Shown piece by piece: positions 1-10,033 of a DNA stretch of 64,000 bases (positions within the stretch are counted from its first letter, which is position 1; every line of letters begins with the position of its first letter). Below the pieces are notes generated by a model that was not told the DNA's origin, made no database searches, and was given only the letters and a program-made list of their open reading frames with translations. The translations under genes and the position numbers were made by a program. This DNA is from Nitrospirota bacterium (GTDB lineage Bacteria; Nitrospirota; UBA9217), in assembly GCA_963663225.1 (NCBI GenBank), contig OY760142.1:1952001-2016000 (forward strand), in the 5' to 3' direction.

Positions 1-2
1 AC

Positions 3-1247
3 GCGAAGCTTCTCACGGAAAGCATTCTGCGCGCGGTTTCAGAATCGGACATGGTGATTGTGAACGCGGGATCATCCGCCGGCAGGGAAGATTTTACCGC
101 GGACGTAATCGCGGAAATCGGCGAAGTACTGGTGCACGGTGTTTCCATAAAACCCGGCAAACCCGTTATTCTCGGAATTGTCAGGGGAAAGCCGGTGATC
201 GGCATTCCCGGATATCCGGTATCGGCGGCGCTCACCTTCGATATTTTCGTAAAACCGCTGATTTTCGCACTGCAAGGACTCATTCCTTCCTCTCCTGAAA
301 CGGTTGTCGCCACGCTCAGCAGGCAAGTCGCTTCCTCGCTCGGGCAGGAAGAATTCATACGCGTAAAAATTGGAGATGTCTCGGGGAAGTTGATCGCGAC
401 ACCCGTGGCGAGGGGCGCTGGCGCGCTTATGTCGCTCGTGCGCGCCGACGGTGTTCTTCGCGTTCCGGCACAGTTGGAAGGATTTGGAGCGGGGCATGAA
501 GCGGAGGTGGAACTTTTGCGTCCAGCGCACGAAATCCGGAACACCATCGTATGCATCGGTTCGCACGATACCGCGCTCGACGTGCTCGGCAACTTTTTAA
601 AGAAAAAACATCCCCAGCTTTCGCTCTCATCTGCCCATGTCGGCAGCATGGGAGGGCTTCTGGCGCTCAAGCGGGGTGAAGCCCATTTGGCAGGCACGCA
701 TCTTCTTGATGAAGAAACGCATGAGTATAACGTCAGCTATGTCAGGAGGCTTGTTCCGAACAAACGCATCGTGCTGGTCAATCTTGCTTACCGGACCCAG
801 GGGCTTCTCGTGCAAAAGGGAAACCCCAAACAAATCCGCGGATTTGAGGATCTGGTGAGAAATGATGTCGTATTCGCAAACCGGCAGGCCGGGGCGGGAA
901 CCCGACTGCTTACCGACATGCATCTGAAAAAATTGCAGATTGACCCGGGAAGCATAAAAGGGTATGATCACGAGGAGTTTACGCACATGGCTGTAGGGGC
1001 TGCCGTGGCTTCCGGCGCGGCAGACACGGGACTCGCGGTACTTTCGGCTGCTCAGGCGCTCGGCCTGGATTTTATTCCGGTTGCGCAGGAACGATATGAC
1101 TTTGCGATTCCCCAGGAATTCTACGAGACGCCGCTGCTGCAGGCGTTGATGGAAATCATCCGCAGGGATGCCGGATTCCGCAGCCATCTTATTGCAATGG
1201 GCGGATATGATGTGTCTGAAATGGGGAACATCGTCGGTACAAATTGA
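3..1247 (+). CDS. moeA: Molybdopterin molybdotransferase MoeA fused to a C-terminal PBP/LysR-like substrate-binding domain (5'-partial)
   Basis: Frame is open from the window edge. MoeA motifs GSSAGREDF, KPGKP and GIPGYPVS are followed by a PBP-superfamily domain (GSHD, VGSMGGL, NRQAGAGTR). Confidence 0.9.
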   Translation, partial: AKLLTESILRAVSESDMVIVNAGSSAGREDFTADVIAEIGEVLVHGVSIKPGKPVILGIVRGKPVIGIPGYPVSAALTFDIFVKPLIFALQGLIPSSPETVVATLSRQVASSLGQEEFIRVKIGDVSGKLIATPVARGAGALMSLVRADGVLRVPAQLEGFGAGHEAEVELLRPAHEIRNTIVCIGSHDTALDVLGNFLKKKHPQLSLSSAHVGSMGGLLALKRGEAHLAGTHLLDEETHEYNVSYVRRLVPNKRIVLVNLAYRTQGLLVQKGNPKQIRGFEDLVRNDVVFANRQAGAGTRLLTDMHLKKLQIDPGSIKGYDHEEFTHMAVGAAVASGAADTGLAVLSAAQALGLDFIPVAQERYDFAIPQEFYETPLLQALMEIIRRDAGFRSHLIAMGGYDVSEMGNIVGTN

Positions 1248-1319
1248 CAACGGTAACGCAGTGATATGATCGTATCGCGCGTTGCTTGAATTTATCATGA
1301 ATGGTATGGAGGCTCTACA

Positions 1320-2036
1320 ATGCTTGCAATCAGTGCAGTGCCCGCATTAGGCACAGGTGTACTCGGTCTTTTCCAGGAGACTGGCTGGGTTGGGAAGGGG
1401 ATCGTAATCATTTTGATGGGATTTTCCATCGTTTCCTGGGCCATGATCCTGCTCAAGTATCAGTTCCTTCGAAGAGCGGAGAAGGAGTCTCATAATTTCC
1501 TGGCCGCGTTCCGCAAAACCAAAAAAATTGAAGAGCTGTTGATACACGCGGACGCCAAGAAATTCAGTCCGCTCGCAACACTCTTTGTCGAAGGACACCG
1601 GGAGGCGGAAGCCATCGTAAAAACACTGCCGGGCGGAAAAGCCGCCGAGGAAGAAATTCCGCTGATTTCGACGGAAATAGAACGGCTGCTCAAAATTACC
1701 ACGCAGGATGAAATAGCATATATGGAGCGCTACCTTGCGTTCCTCGGCACGACAGGCACGGTCGGTCCGCTTTTGGGCCTCTTCGGAACGGTTTGGGGCA
1801 TCATGGACGCGTTCTACGGCATCGGGCTCAAGGGAGCCGGCGACATCGGCGCGCTCGCTCCGGGGCTGGCCGCCGCGCTGATCAATACCATTTCCGGATT
1901 GTTTGTCGCCATCCCGGCGGTCATAGCGTACAACTATTTTTCCGACAAAATCAGGGACATTGCCATCCGCTGCGATTCCTTTTCCATGGAGTTTCTGAGT
2001 TTTGTTGAACGGCACGTCCTGAGGGGGCGGTCATGA
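1320..2036 (+). CDS. tolQ: TolQ (MotA/TolQ/ExbB proton channel)
   Basis: Three TM segments, PLLGLFGTVWGIM motif, and it heads the tolQRAB order. Confidence 0.9.
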   Translation: MLAISAVPALGTGVLGLFQETGWVGKGIVIILMGFSIVSWAMILLKYQFLRRAEKESHNFLAAFRKTKKIEELLIHADAKKFSPLATLFVEGHREAEAIVKTLPGGKAAEEEIPLISTEIERLLKITTQDEIAYMERYLAFLGTTGTVGPLLGLFGTVWGIMDAFYGIGLKGAGDIGALAPGLAAALINTISGLFVAIPAVIAYNYFSDKIRDIAIRCDSFSMEFLSFVERHVLRGRS

Positions 2037-2452
2037 GCTTCGAGCGCAGAGAGAGAAGTATCATTCGTGACATCAATCTCGTGCCGCTTATTGACGTTTT
2101 GCTTACCGTGCTGTTTTTTTATATGATTGTGTCTCCCATGATGAGCAGAGGACTGGACGTCAATCTGCCGAAGTCGGAGTCAAACACGGTCAAGCCGGAA
2201 GACCGCATCGTGCTTACCGTTACGCGCGCGCAGGAAATTTTTGTTGAAAAAGAGCGGGTAGGCATTTCCCGGCTCAAGGGCGTGCTCGAGGCCATTCGCC
2301 ATTCCAAACCGCAGATTAATGTTTATCTCCGCGCCGATAAGGACGCGCCGTATGGCGCCGTCGTGCAGGTGATGGACATTGTAAAGCAGGCCGGGATTGA
2401 CCGGCTTGGCATGGTGACTGATACTGCACCCGGGGGCGAGACTCGAAAATGA
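2033..2452 (+). CDS. tolR: TolR/ExbD biopolymer transport protein
   Basis: INLVPLIDVLL TM motif and LRADK..PYGAVV..MD. Overlaps the tolQ stop by ATGA. Confidence 0.9.
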   Translation: MSFERRERSIIRDINLVPLIDVLLTVLFFYMIVSPMMSRGLDVNLPKSESNTVKPEDRIVLTVTRAQEIFVEKERVGISRLKGVLEAIRHSKPQINVYLRADKDAPYGAVVQVMDIVKQAGIDRLGMVTDTAPGGETRK

Positions 2453-3150
2453 AGTGGTACTCAAGGAAGAGAACCGGCCAGTCAGGCGGAAAACTGACGC
2501 TGGCGCTCGCCCTTTCCTTTTTTTTCCATGTGGTGGTTGCACTCGCCGCGGTCTTCCTGTATAGTAAGGCGACTCCGAAGATACTTATACCGCTGTCCTA
2601 TCAGGTGATGCTTGTCGGGCAACCGATGGATGTTCCCCAGGTGTCGCCGGAGGAAACTCCGCCGGAACCTCCAAAACAGGAACCACAGAAAAAAACAAAG
2701 TCGGCGCCGAAAGCGAAAAAAACGAAACCCAGCAAAAGCGCCTTGCCGGACTTCTCATTGCAGAAGAAAGAGCCTCTTCGAGAGCAGCCAAAACCTGCGG
2801 AAGCCGAAACACGCAAGGAGCAGGCGGCACCAGCCGCTTCTGTCATGGTGTCGGCGCCGCAGATGGACGATAAATTTTCCTGGTACCTTGGACTCCTTCG
2901 CGGTCGAATAGAGCTGAACTGGAAACCGACACCGGACGTGAAGGACGCGAAGGCCCGGATTCTGTTTACCGTCAACCGATCGGGATGGGTGACTGATGTA
3001 AATATTGATGCTGACCACTCCAAGGGGACGTTTGAATTCAAACAGGCGGCGATCAGGGCAATACGCGCATCGAACCCGTTCCCGCCTTTGCCCGAAGATT
3101 TTCCAAGATATTCCCTGGATTTCAGCGTGGATTTGGTCCAGAAACAATAA
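2449..3150 (+). CDS. tolA: TolA/TonB-family energy transducer
   Basis: N-terminal TM helix with S-x3-H, Pro/Lys-rich linker, TonB/TolA C-terminal domain (AAIRAIRASNPFPPLP). Lies between tolR and tolB. Confidence 0.75.
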   Translation: MKWYSRKRTGQSGGKLTLALALSFFFHVVVALAAVFLYSKATPKILIPLSYQVMLVGQPMDVPQVSPEETPPEPPKQEPQKKTKSAPKAKKTKPSKSALPDFSLQKKEPLREQPKPAEAETRKEQAAPAASVMVSAPQMDDKFSWYLGLLRGRIELNWKPTPDVKDAKARILFTVNRSGWVTDVNIDADHSKGTFEFKQAAIRAIRASNPFPPLPEDFPRYSLDFSVDLVQKQ

Positions 3151-3189
3151 TACTGACAACAGCCGGATAACCGGCATTAAAAAAAAACT

Positions 3190-4476
3190 ATGAAACGTAT
3201 TCTTTTCCTTATAATTCTTTGCATGCTTTCAGCGGTTCCCACCGCTGTTCATTCCCAATACTATCTCGGAGTGATCCAGGGGGAAATAAAAAAGATACCC
3301 ATTGTCGTGCTGGACATCCATGATGACATGGGGGATCCGAAACTCCGCGCCCTTGCTCTTGAAATTCTCCAGGCGGACCTTCGGCGCTCCCAGATATTTG
3401 AAATCATGGATCCGGCCAAGCTCGATCTGTCCTATTCGTTGCCCACGGAGCCCAAGCAGGACATTATTAAACGCGCTGGAATTTTCGGCCTCACCGGCGT
3501 TGTCTGGGGATCGTTGCACAAAAAAGACAAAAAAATCATGCTGACCGGCAAGCTGTTCGATGCTGCATCAGGGGTGCGGATGTCGAACAAGGACTATTTC
3601 GGAAGCGACGATACGTTCCGCCGGAGTGTCCACGCGTTTGCTGATGAGATTGTTGCCCGGTATACCGGGGAAAAGGGAATTGCCCGTACGCGCATTGCCT
3701 ATGTGTCGGATAAAACCGGCAACAAGGAATTGTACCTGATGGATTACGATGGCCAGAATACGATGCGTTTAACCGCGGACCGGTCAATCTGCCTTTCTCC
3801 GGCGTGGAGTCCTGATGGAAACATACTAGCGTATGTTTCGTACCGTGACAGGAACCCCGATCTGTATGCGCTGGCCATGGACACGGGCAAGCGCTGGAAA
3901 TTGTCGGGAAACGACGGTCTGAACATATCACCTGCGTGGGCTCCGGGAGGAAAACGGCTTGCACTGGCGCTGAGCAAGGACGGCACCGCGGAAATTTACA
4001 CCATAGACATCAGCGGCACTGATTCGGAAAGACTTACCTACGGAGCTTTTGACAATGTTTCGCCCGCATGGTCGCCAAACGGAAGAGAAATTGTATTTAC
4101 GTCCGGACGAGGCGGCACACCCCAGCTCTATATTATGGGTTCGGACGGTACCGATGTCCGGCGTATTACCTTTGAAGGTTCCTACAATGCCTCTCCCCAC
4201 TGGTCTCCCCGGGGGGACAGAATCGTGTTTTCCTCCATGGTGAATGGCGTGTTCAAAGTCGCCACGGTGAACACGGACGGCTCGGGTTTCCGGCTGCTTA
4301 CCAGCGGACGGGGAAACGACGAGAATCCATCCTGGTCTCCTTCCGGGAGGCAGATTGTCTTCAGCTCCAATCGAGAAGGAAAATACAACATTTATACGAT
4401 GAATGCGGACGGCACGGACATAGAGCGGATCACTCCGAACGATGCAAACTACACTTCACCTGCCTGGTCCCCGTAA
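3190..4476 (+). CDS. tolB: Tol-Pal system beta-propeller protein TolB
   Basis: Signal peptide, TolB N-domain, repeated SPAWSPDG (PD40) units. Confidence 0.93.
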   Translation: MKRILFLIILCMLSAVPTAVHSQYYLGVIQGEIKKIPIVVLDIHDDMGDPKLRALALEILQADLRRSQIFEIMDPAKLDLSYSLPTEPKQDIIKRAGIFGLTGVVWGSLHKKDKKIMLTGKLFDAASGVRMSNKDYFGSDDTFRRSVHAFADEIVARYTGEKGIARTRIAYVSDKTGNKELYLMDYDGQNTMRLTADRSICLSPAWSPDGNILAYVSYRDRNPDLYALAMDTGKRWKLSGNDGLNISPAWAPGGKRLALALSKDGTAEIYTIDISGTDSERLTYGAFDNVSPAWSPNGREIVFTSGRGGTPQLYIMGSDGTDVRRITFEGSYNASPHWSPRGDRIVFSSMVNGVFKVATVNTDGSGFRLLTSGRGNDENPSWSPSGRQIVFSSNREGKYNIYTMNADGTDIERITPNDANYTSPAWSP

Positions 4477-4569
4477 AAACGACACCGTCCAATTTCCCAA
4501 CCAGCGGATTCCGCACTATTCTTCGCATTTCTTTTTGTGACTGCAGAGTAAACACAAAGGGCATACGGC

Positions 4570-5376
4570 ATGGACGAGCACAAATATGTTCATGGTTATT
4601 CATCCCGGGAAAATGAAAGGCTGCTAGACCAGGCCGACGTATTGACTGAACTGCTGCACCACGACACGCGGTATTCTGCAGGCTGCTCAGTGCTGGAGGC
4701 AGGGTGCGGAGTCGGGGCCCAGACTGTCGTGCTGGCGGCAAACAACCCGGAAACACGGTTTACTTCCATAGACATTTCACAGGCCTCCCTGAATGCCGCG
4801 CAAAGCAAGGCGTCCGGCGCCGGCTGCAAAAACGTTGTTTTCCGCAAGGCGGATATCTTCAACCTGCCTTTTCCTGACGAAAGCTTTGATCATCTCTTTC
4901 TCTGCTTCGTACTGGAACATCTCAACAATCCCCTGGATGCACTTCGCAGGCTCGGGACAAAACTGCGCCCGGGCGGCACCATCACCGTTATAGAAGGCGA
5001 TCATGAATCGACGCTTTTTTATCCCCCCAGCAGGGACGCGTGGCGGACGATCCAATGCCTGATTGATTTGCAAAAAGCGGCGGGCGGTAATGCCCTTATC
5101 GGCCGGGAGCTGTTCCCTCTTTTGCAGAGCGCGAGGTTCCGAAACGTCGCTGTTTCGCCGCGGATGGTCTATGCTGATGCGAGCAGGCCTAAGGTGGTCG
5201 AAGGTTTCACGAAAAACACCTATATTGCCATGGTGAAGGGGGTTCAAGAACAGGCTTTGAGCGCCGGATTGATCAAAAAAGAAATCTGGGACAATGGCAT
5301 CCGGGATCTTTATAAGGCGGCCGGGCCGGAGGGGACATTCTGCTATACTTTTTTTAAGGCGGTTGCCTGCAAATAA
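4570..5376 (+). CDS. Class I SAM-dependent methyltransferase
   Basis: VLEAGCGVG motif I and LPFPDESFDH...VLEH...LRPGG. Confidence 0.88.
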   Translation: MDEHKYVHGYSSRENERLLDQADVLTELLHHDTRYSAGCSVLEAGCGVGAQTVVLAANNPETRFTSIDISQASLNAAQSKASGAGCKNVVFRKADIFNLPFPDESFDHLFLCFVLEHLNNPLDALRRLGTKLRPGGTITVIEGDHESTLFYPPSRDAWRTIQCLIDLQKAAGGNALIGRELFPLLQSARFRNVAVSPRMVYADASRPKVVEGFTKNTYIAMVKGVQEQALSAGLIKKEIWDNGIRDLYKAAGPEGTFCYTFFKAVACK

Positions 5377-5512
5377 GCAGCAAAGCGGAGCTGCACGAGA
5401 AACGTTCTCAGAGCTTTTCCCGGTGAATGGAACCGTCAAATAAAATTACCATCTGTTCAAAACTGTAAGCTATCGTTCTTTGCAAATTGAACATTCCTCA
5501 GGGAGGTGCGGT

Positions 5513-8500
5513 GTGCAATTCAACCGGCAAACAGTTCTTTCAAAAATCCGTTTAATCTCAGACCGACTGCGCGATTTTTCGAAAACCCGCAAAGCAAGAA
5601 ACCTCGGCATTATCATTTTTATTTTTCTTTTCCTCTTTTCGATTACCGGTTTTTTTATTCTGCCGCCCTATGTGAAGCGGGTGGCCGTGGATATCCTGAG
5701 TGAACAGCTCGGGCGCACGGTGAGTATCGGCTCGGTAAGCTTGAATCCCTACTCCCTCGGCGTCACCATCAAGGACTTTGAGATCAAGGAGGAAGACGGC
5801 ACCACGCCTTTCGTATCCTTTGCAAAACTGTACGTCAACATCCAGATGATGTCCGTTTTCAGAGGAGGCCCTGTCGTCAAAGAGGTAAAACTTGAGAAAC
5901 CCCGCATCCATCTGGTCAGGACGAGCGCAAATACTTACAACTTTACGGATATCGTGGAACGGATTCAGGCCAAGAGCAAAAATGAACCAAAAGACAAACC
6001 GCAAAAACCGTTCTTTTATTCATTCAGCAACATTCAGGTCCTCGACGGTGCTCTGGAATTCGACGACCATCCCGCCCGAACGAGGCATGAGATTACCCAA
6101 GTAAACCTCGGCATTCCCTTTATCTCAAACCTTCCTTCCTATGTGGAGGCATACGTACAACCCTCACTGAGCGCCGTGATTAACGGGACTCCGCTTGATC
6201 TCAAGGGAGCGTCAAAAGTATTTTCCGACTCGCGGGAAACCTCTTTTGATATGCTTCTGAAGGACATAGACATTCCGTATTACCTGGCCTATGTCCCCGC
6301 AGAAGTCAAGGTGAGCGTGCCGTCAGGCAGGCTTGATATTGCGATTAAAATCATTTACCGGCAGTATAAAGACCGCCTGCCTACACTCATTCTCCAGGGC
6401 GAAACAACGTTACGAGGCCTAAGAGCTGTCATTAAAAAGATTCCGGGTGATTTCCTGAACATCCCGCTGCTGAGCGTACGTGATATTTCGCTTGACCTGC
6501 AATCGAGAAAGATCGAAGTCGGCTCCATTGCAACCGAGAAAGGTTTTCTGGTTGTTTCCCGCAGTGCAGACGGCCGGATGAACTTCGATTCGATTGTTGA
6601 CACTACGCGCACCGCGCCGTCTCCGGAGACAAAGAAAGCCGGGTCCGCTCCTTCGTGGTCGGTGCTGCTCAAATCCCTTGTTGTTGCGGATTATACTGTG
6701 AAGACCGCGGACAGCAGTCTGAGGAATCCATTTGCCCTGACGATGGACGAAATAACCCTGAAAACACAGAACCTTTCCACTGACGAGAAAGACAACAAGG
6801 GCAGCGTCGCGTTTTCCATGCGGGTGGACCGCAAAGGGACCGTCTCGATCGGCGGTGATGTCAAATTGAAACCTCTTGCAACGGATCTTACTGTAAGCAT
6901 CAAGGGGGTTCCTCTGAAACCGGTGCAGCCGTTTCTGGCCGAGCGGGCACGGGTCATCCTTGCCGGCGGCTCACTGAACCTACATGGCACTCTGTCTGCG
7001 GCCCAGAATCAGAAGGAGGAGGTGAATACCGCGTTTAAGGGAAAACTCTGGATCAACAAGCTGTCTTTGCTCGATCAGGCAAACGCGGAGGATCTGCTCA
7101 AATGGGAGTCCTTGTATATCGGTGAAATGGATATCCGTGCCCTGCCGTTGTTTGTTCATATCCGGGAAATTGCGCTGTCGAATTTTTATTCACGTATCAT
7201 CATTAATGCGAACAAGACCGTAAATCTGCAGGAAATCTTCAGCACGCCGACCGCAACGGCTCCGGAGGCTGCCGCACCTCCGCAGACTATTCAACCGGCC
7301 TCAGCGCCGGACGAACAGAAAAAATCTGAAGGGGAACGCAAAATCCGAATTGATAAGATTACGGTCCAGGGCGGCACCATCAATTTCACTGATGAGAGCA
7401 TAAAACCGCGGTTCAGTTCAAACCTGCTCGAAATCGGCGGACGGATTTCCGGGCTTACCTCTGAAGAAGGCAAATTGGGCGAAATAGAGCTCAGGGGCAA
7501 GTATGACCGCTATGCGCCGCTTGAAATTCTCGGCAAACTTAACCCGCTTGGAAAGGACCTCTTTGTGGATCTGAAAGCGGATTTTAAGGACATGGACCTC
7601 ACCCAGGTCAGTCCGTATGCCGGAAAGTATGCAGGGTATGGAATTCAGAAAGGGAAGCTTTCATTTCACCTTGAATACCTGGTCGAAAAAAACAAGCTTG
7701 ATTCCAAAAACAATATTTTCATCGACCAGTTCACTTTCGGCGACCCGGTTTCAAGTCCTGACGCGACGAAACTGCCGGTTAAACTCGCAGTGTCCCTTCT
7801 GAAAAACCGCAATGGAGAAATCGCGCTTGATATTCCCGTCTCAGGTGAGTTGAATGATCCGAAGTTCAGCATAGGGCGGATCGTGTTGAAAGTTCTGATG
7901 AACCTTCTTGAGAAGGCCGCCACCTCGCCCTTTGCCCTGCTGGGTGCGGCCTTTGGAGGCGGAGAACAGCTCGGTTTCGCAGAATTTACGCTCGGATCAG
8001 CCGATCTTACGGACGCGACAAAAAAGAAACTGGATATTCTGAGCAAGGCTCTCTATGATCGGCCGGCACTCAAGATGGACGTTGTGGGACATGCTGATCT
8101 CGATAAGGACCGTGAAGGCCTGAAGCAAAATCTTATGCTGCGAAAAGTGAAAGCGCAAAAGGTAAAGGACCTATCCCAAAAAGCCGGCGAAGCAGTTTCA
8201 CTTGAGTCGGTAACAGTGACGCCTCAGGAATATCCGGAATACCTGAAGCGGGTATATAGGGAAGAGAAATTCCCCAAGCCCCGCAATATCATCGGCTTGG
8301 CAAAGGATTTACCGGCGCCTGAGATGGAGAAGCTTATTATCACCAACACAAAGGTCAGTGATGATGATCTCAAAGCGCTGGCCGGAGAGAGGGCACGGGC
8401 GATCAGAGACTATCTCGTGCAGTCGAAAAAGACCGAAATGGAACGTATTTTCATTGTAGAAGCCAAAGCCATTGCGCCCGAAAAAAAAGAAGGGGTCAAA

Positions 8501-8530
8501 GACAGCAGGACTGATTTCATTCTGAAATAA
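5513..8530 (+). CDS. DUF748 (AsmA-like) membrane-anchored protein with an OmpA-like C-terminal region
   Basis: GTG start after GGAGG at 5502. N-terminal TM, repeated beta-rich units, LPVKLAVSLLKNRNGEIALDIPVSG signature, C-terminal GHAD...LAGERARAIRDYL. Confidence 0.82.
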   Translation: MQFNRQTVLSKIRLISDRLRDFSKTRKARNLGIIIFIFLFLFSITGFFILPPYVKRVAVDILSEQLGRTVSIGSVSLNPYSLGVTIKDFEIKEEDGTTPFVSFAKLYVNIQMMSVFRGGPVVKEVKLEKPRIHLVRTSANTYNFTDIVERIQAKSKNEPKDKPQKPFFYSFSNIQVLDGALEFDDHPARTRHEITQVNLGIPFISNLPSYVEAYVQPSLSAVINGTPLDLKGASKVFSDSRETSFDMLLKDIDIPYYLAYVPAEVKVSVPSGRLDIAIKIIYRQYKDRLPTLILQGETTLRGLRAVIKKIPGDFLNIPLLSVRDISLDLQSRKIEVGSIATEKGFLVVSRSADGRMNFDSIVDTTRTAPSPETKKAGSAPSWSVLLKSLVVADYTVKTADSSLRNPFALTMDEITLKTQNLSTDEKDNKGSVAFSMRVDRKGTVSIGGDVKLKPLATDLTVSIKGVPLKPVQPFLAERARVILAGGSLNLHGTLSAAQNQKEEVNTAFKGKLWINKLSLLDQANAEDLLKWESLYIGEMDIRALPLFVHIREIALSNFYSRIIINANKTVNLQEIFSTPTATAPEAAAPPQTIQPASAPDEQKKSEGERKIRIDKITVQGGTINFTDESIKPRFSSNLLEIGGRISGLTSEEGKLGEIELRGKYDRYAPLEILGKLNPLGKDLFVDLKADFKDMDLTQVSPYAGKYAGYGIQKGKLSFHLEYLVEKNKLDSKNNIFIDQFTFGDPVSSPDATKLPVKLAVSLLKNRNGEIALDIPVSGELNDPKFSIGRIVLKVLMNLLEKAATSPFALLGAAFGGGEQLGFAEFTLGSADLTDATKKKLDILSKALYDRPALKMDVVGHADLDKDREGLKQNLMLRKVKAQKVKDLSQKAGEAVSLESVTVTPQEYPEYLKRVYREEKFPKPRNIIGLAKDLPAPEMEKLIITNTKVSDDDLKALAGERARAIRDYLVQSKKTEMERIFIVEAKAIAPEKKEGVKDSRTDFILK

Positions 8531-8619
8531 TTGTGTCACGGTCTTGATAATCCTCAGTCTGTCGACAATGCCGGACGAACCATCTTCTAACCTACTCAGC
8601 ATGATGAGGCGAGACAGGC

Positions 8620-9555
8620 ATGAATAGAATTGTAAAGTCAGTTCTGCTGGCTTTCCTTGCAGCATATAGTTGCATTCTCTCTGATGCGGAATATACTACT
8701 TGGGCCGCAGAACGGGCATATTATCACCTTGTTGTTCTTGGCGACCCGCATCTGCCGGGGAAATACAGGGAGTCAAAAGAACACGTCATTGAGACCATCA
8801 ACTCCTGGACGGATGTGGATATCGTTATTCCCGTTGGTGATCTTAATGAAAGCGCCGGAACCGACAATGAGTATGCCGCTGTAAAGGATTTTTTTGCAAA
8901 TCTGCGCAAACCGGTATGCCCCATCGCCGGGAATCATGACTATATTTATGAAAGTAACACCGGGCCGAAAGGAAAACGATTAAAAGCCGCTCCCGATACC
9001 CGGAAAGCAAAGCTGCATGCGTTTCGTGAAACATTCGGTTTGCAGGAAGATTTCTACAGTAGAAGAATGGGCGGTTATCTCCTGATTTTTCTCTCCACGG
9101 ATCATCTGCTCTCGGACAACCTTGCGGAAATGTCTGAACGGGAATTGAAATGGCTGGGCATGGAATTGTTGCAGAACAAGAAAACACCGACGATAATATT
9201 TTTCCATGCCCCGCTCAAGGACACGCTGCGAAATTACAACAATCATATCAATACTCCGCCATTTTTTGCCCAGCCTTCGGAAGCTCTTCGCTCCATCCTG
9301 ATGGAAAATCCCCAGGTGTTTCTCTGGATTTCCGGACATACGCATACGTCTCCAAGAGAAGAAAGTTTCGCTGCCCCGGTCAATGTGTATGAAAAACGCA
9401 TCACGAACATCCACAACACGGATATGAACAGAGCAGGGATCTGGACCAATTCAATCTATTTGTATCCGGACAAGGTACTAGTTAAAACATATAATCACAA
9501 GACGGGAACATGGCAGCCGGAACTGCAGCGGATCATAGTGCCGCCTGCTCTCTGA
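8620..9555 (+). CDS. Secreted calcineurin-like metallophosphoesterase
   Basis: Motifs DxH (GDPH), GD (VGDL), GNHD, FHAP and GHTH. Signal peptide-like N-terminus. Confidence 0.88.
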   Translation: MNRIVKSVLLAFLAAYSCILSDAEYTTWAAERAYYHLVVLGDPHLPGKYRESKEHVIETINSWTDVDIVIPVGDLNESAGTDNEYAAVKDFFANLRKPVCPIAGNHDYIYESNTGPKGKRLKAAPDTRKAKLHAFRETFGLQEDFYSRRMGGYLLIFLSTDHLLSDNLAEMSERELKWLGMELLQNKKTPTIIFFHAPLKDTLRNYNNHINTPPFFAQPSEALRSILMENPQVFLWISGHTHTSPREESFAAPVNVYEKRITNIHNTDMNRAGIWTNSIYLYPDKVLVKTYNHKTGTWQPELQRIIVPPAL

Positions 9556-9654
9556 AGAATGCACCTGCGGATGCAGTGTAATACTTCTCTGTACAGGGTA
9601 AAAGCAGTCATGCCACTGTTTATCAGAATCCGGCTCTGAAAGGATACCATCAGT

Positions 9655-10029
9655 ATGGTAACCATAGTAAAAAAACCGACCGTTCTTCAGGCAGAGGGCA
9701 ATAAGCCGAAGCAGATCGAGGAATTCATCGGAACGGTAAACTCGCGGACTTCAGCCCTGAGCGTGGCGCGCATGAAAAGCCCGGAAGGCTGGATTGAGCA
9801 GGGGCAGACCCCTGAATTCGATGAATATACTCTTGTGTTGCGCGGAATGCTCAGGGTCAGCACAAGGACCGGGACATACGAAGTCAGATCGGGAGAAGCC
9901 ATCATAGCTCCCCGCGGCGAGTGGGTCCAGTACAGTACGCCTTCTCCGGAGGGCGCCGAGTATATTGCCGTTTGCATGCCGGCTTTTTCCCCCGCACTAG
10001 CGCATCGCGATACGGAGCATCGCGCGTGA
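9655..10029 (+). CDS. Cupin domain protein (EutQ-like)
   Basis: Cupin pattern QTPEFDEYTLVLRG...GEAII.PRGEWVQYSTP. Confidence 0.82.
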   Translation: MVTIVKKPTVLQAEGNKPKQIEEFIGTVNSRTSALSVARMKSPEGWIEQGQTPEFDEYTLVLRGMLRVSTRTGTYEVRSGEAIIAPRGEWVQYSTPSPEGAEYIAVCMPAFSPALAHRDTEHRA

Positions 10030-10033
10030 GCAG

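Noticed and set aside
3760-4476. Repeated TGGTCTCC/SPAWSP units
   Set aside because: These are ordinary PD40 beta-propeller repeats of TolB, not a DNA repeat array.
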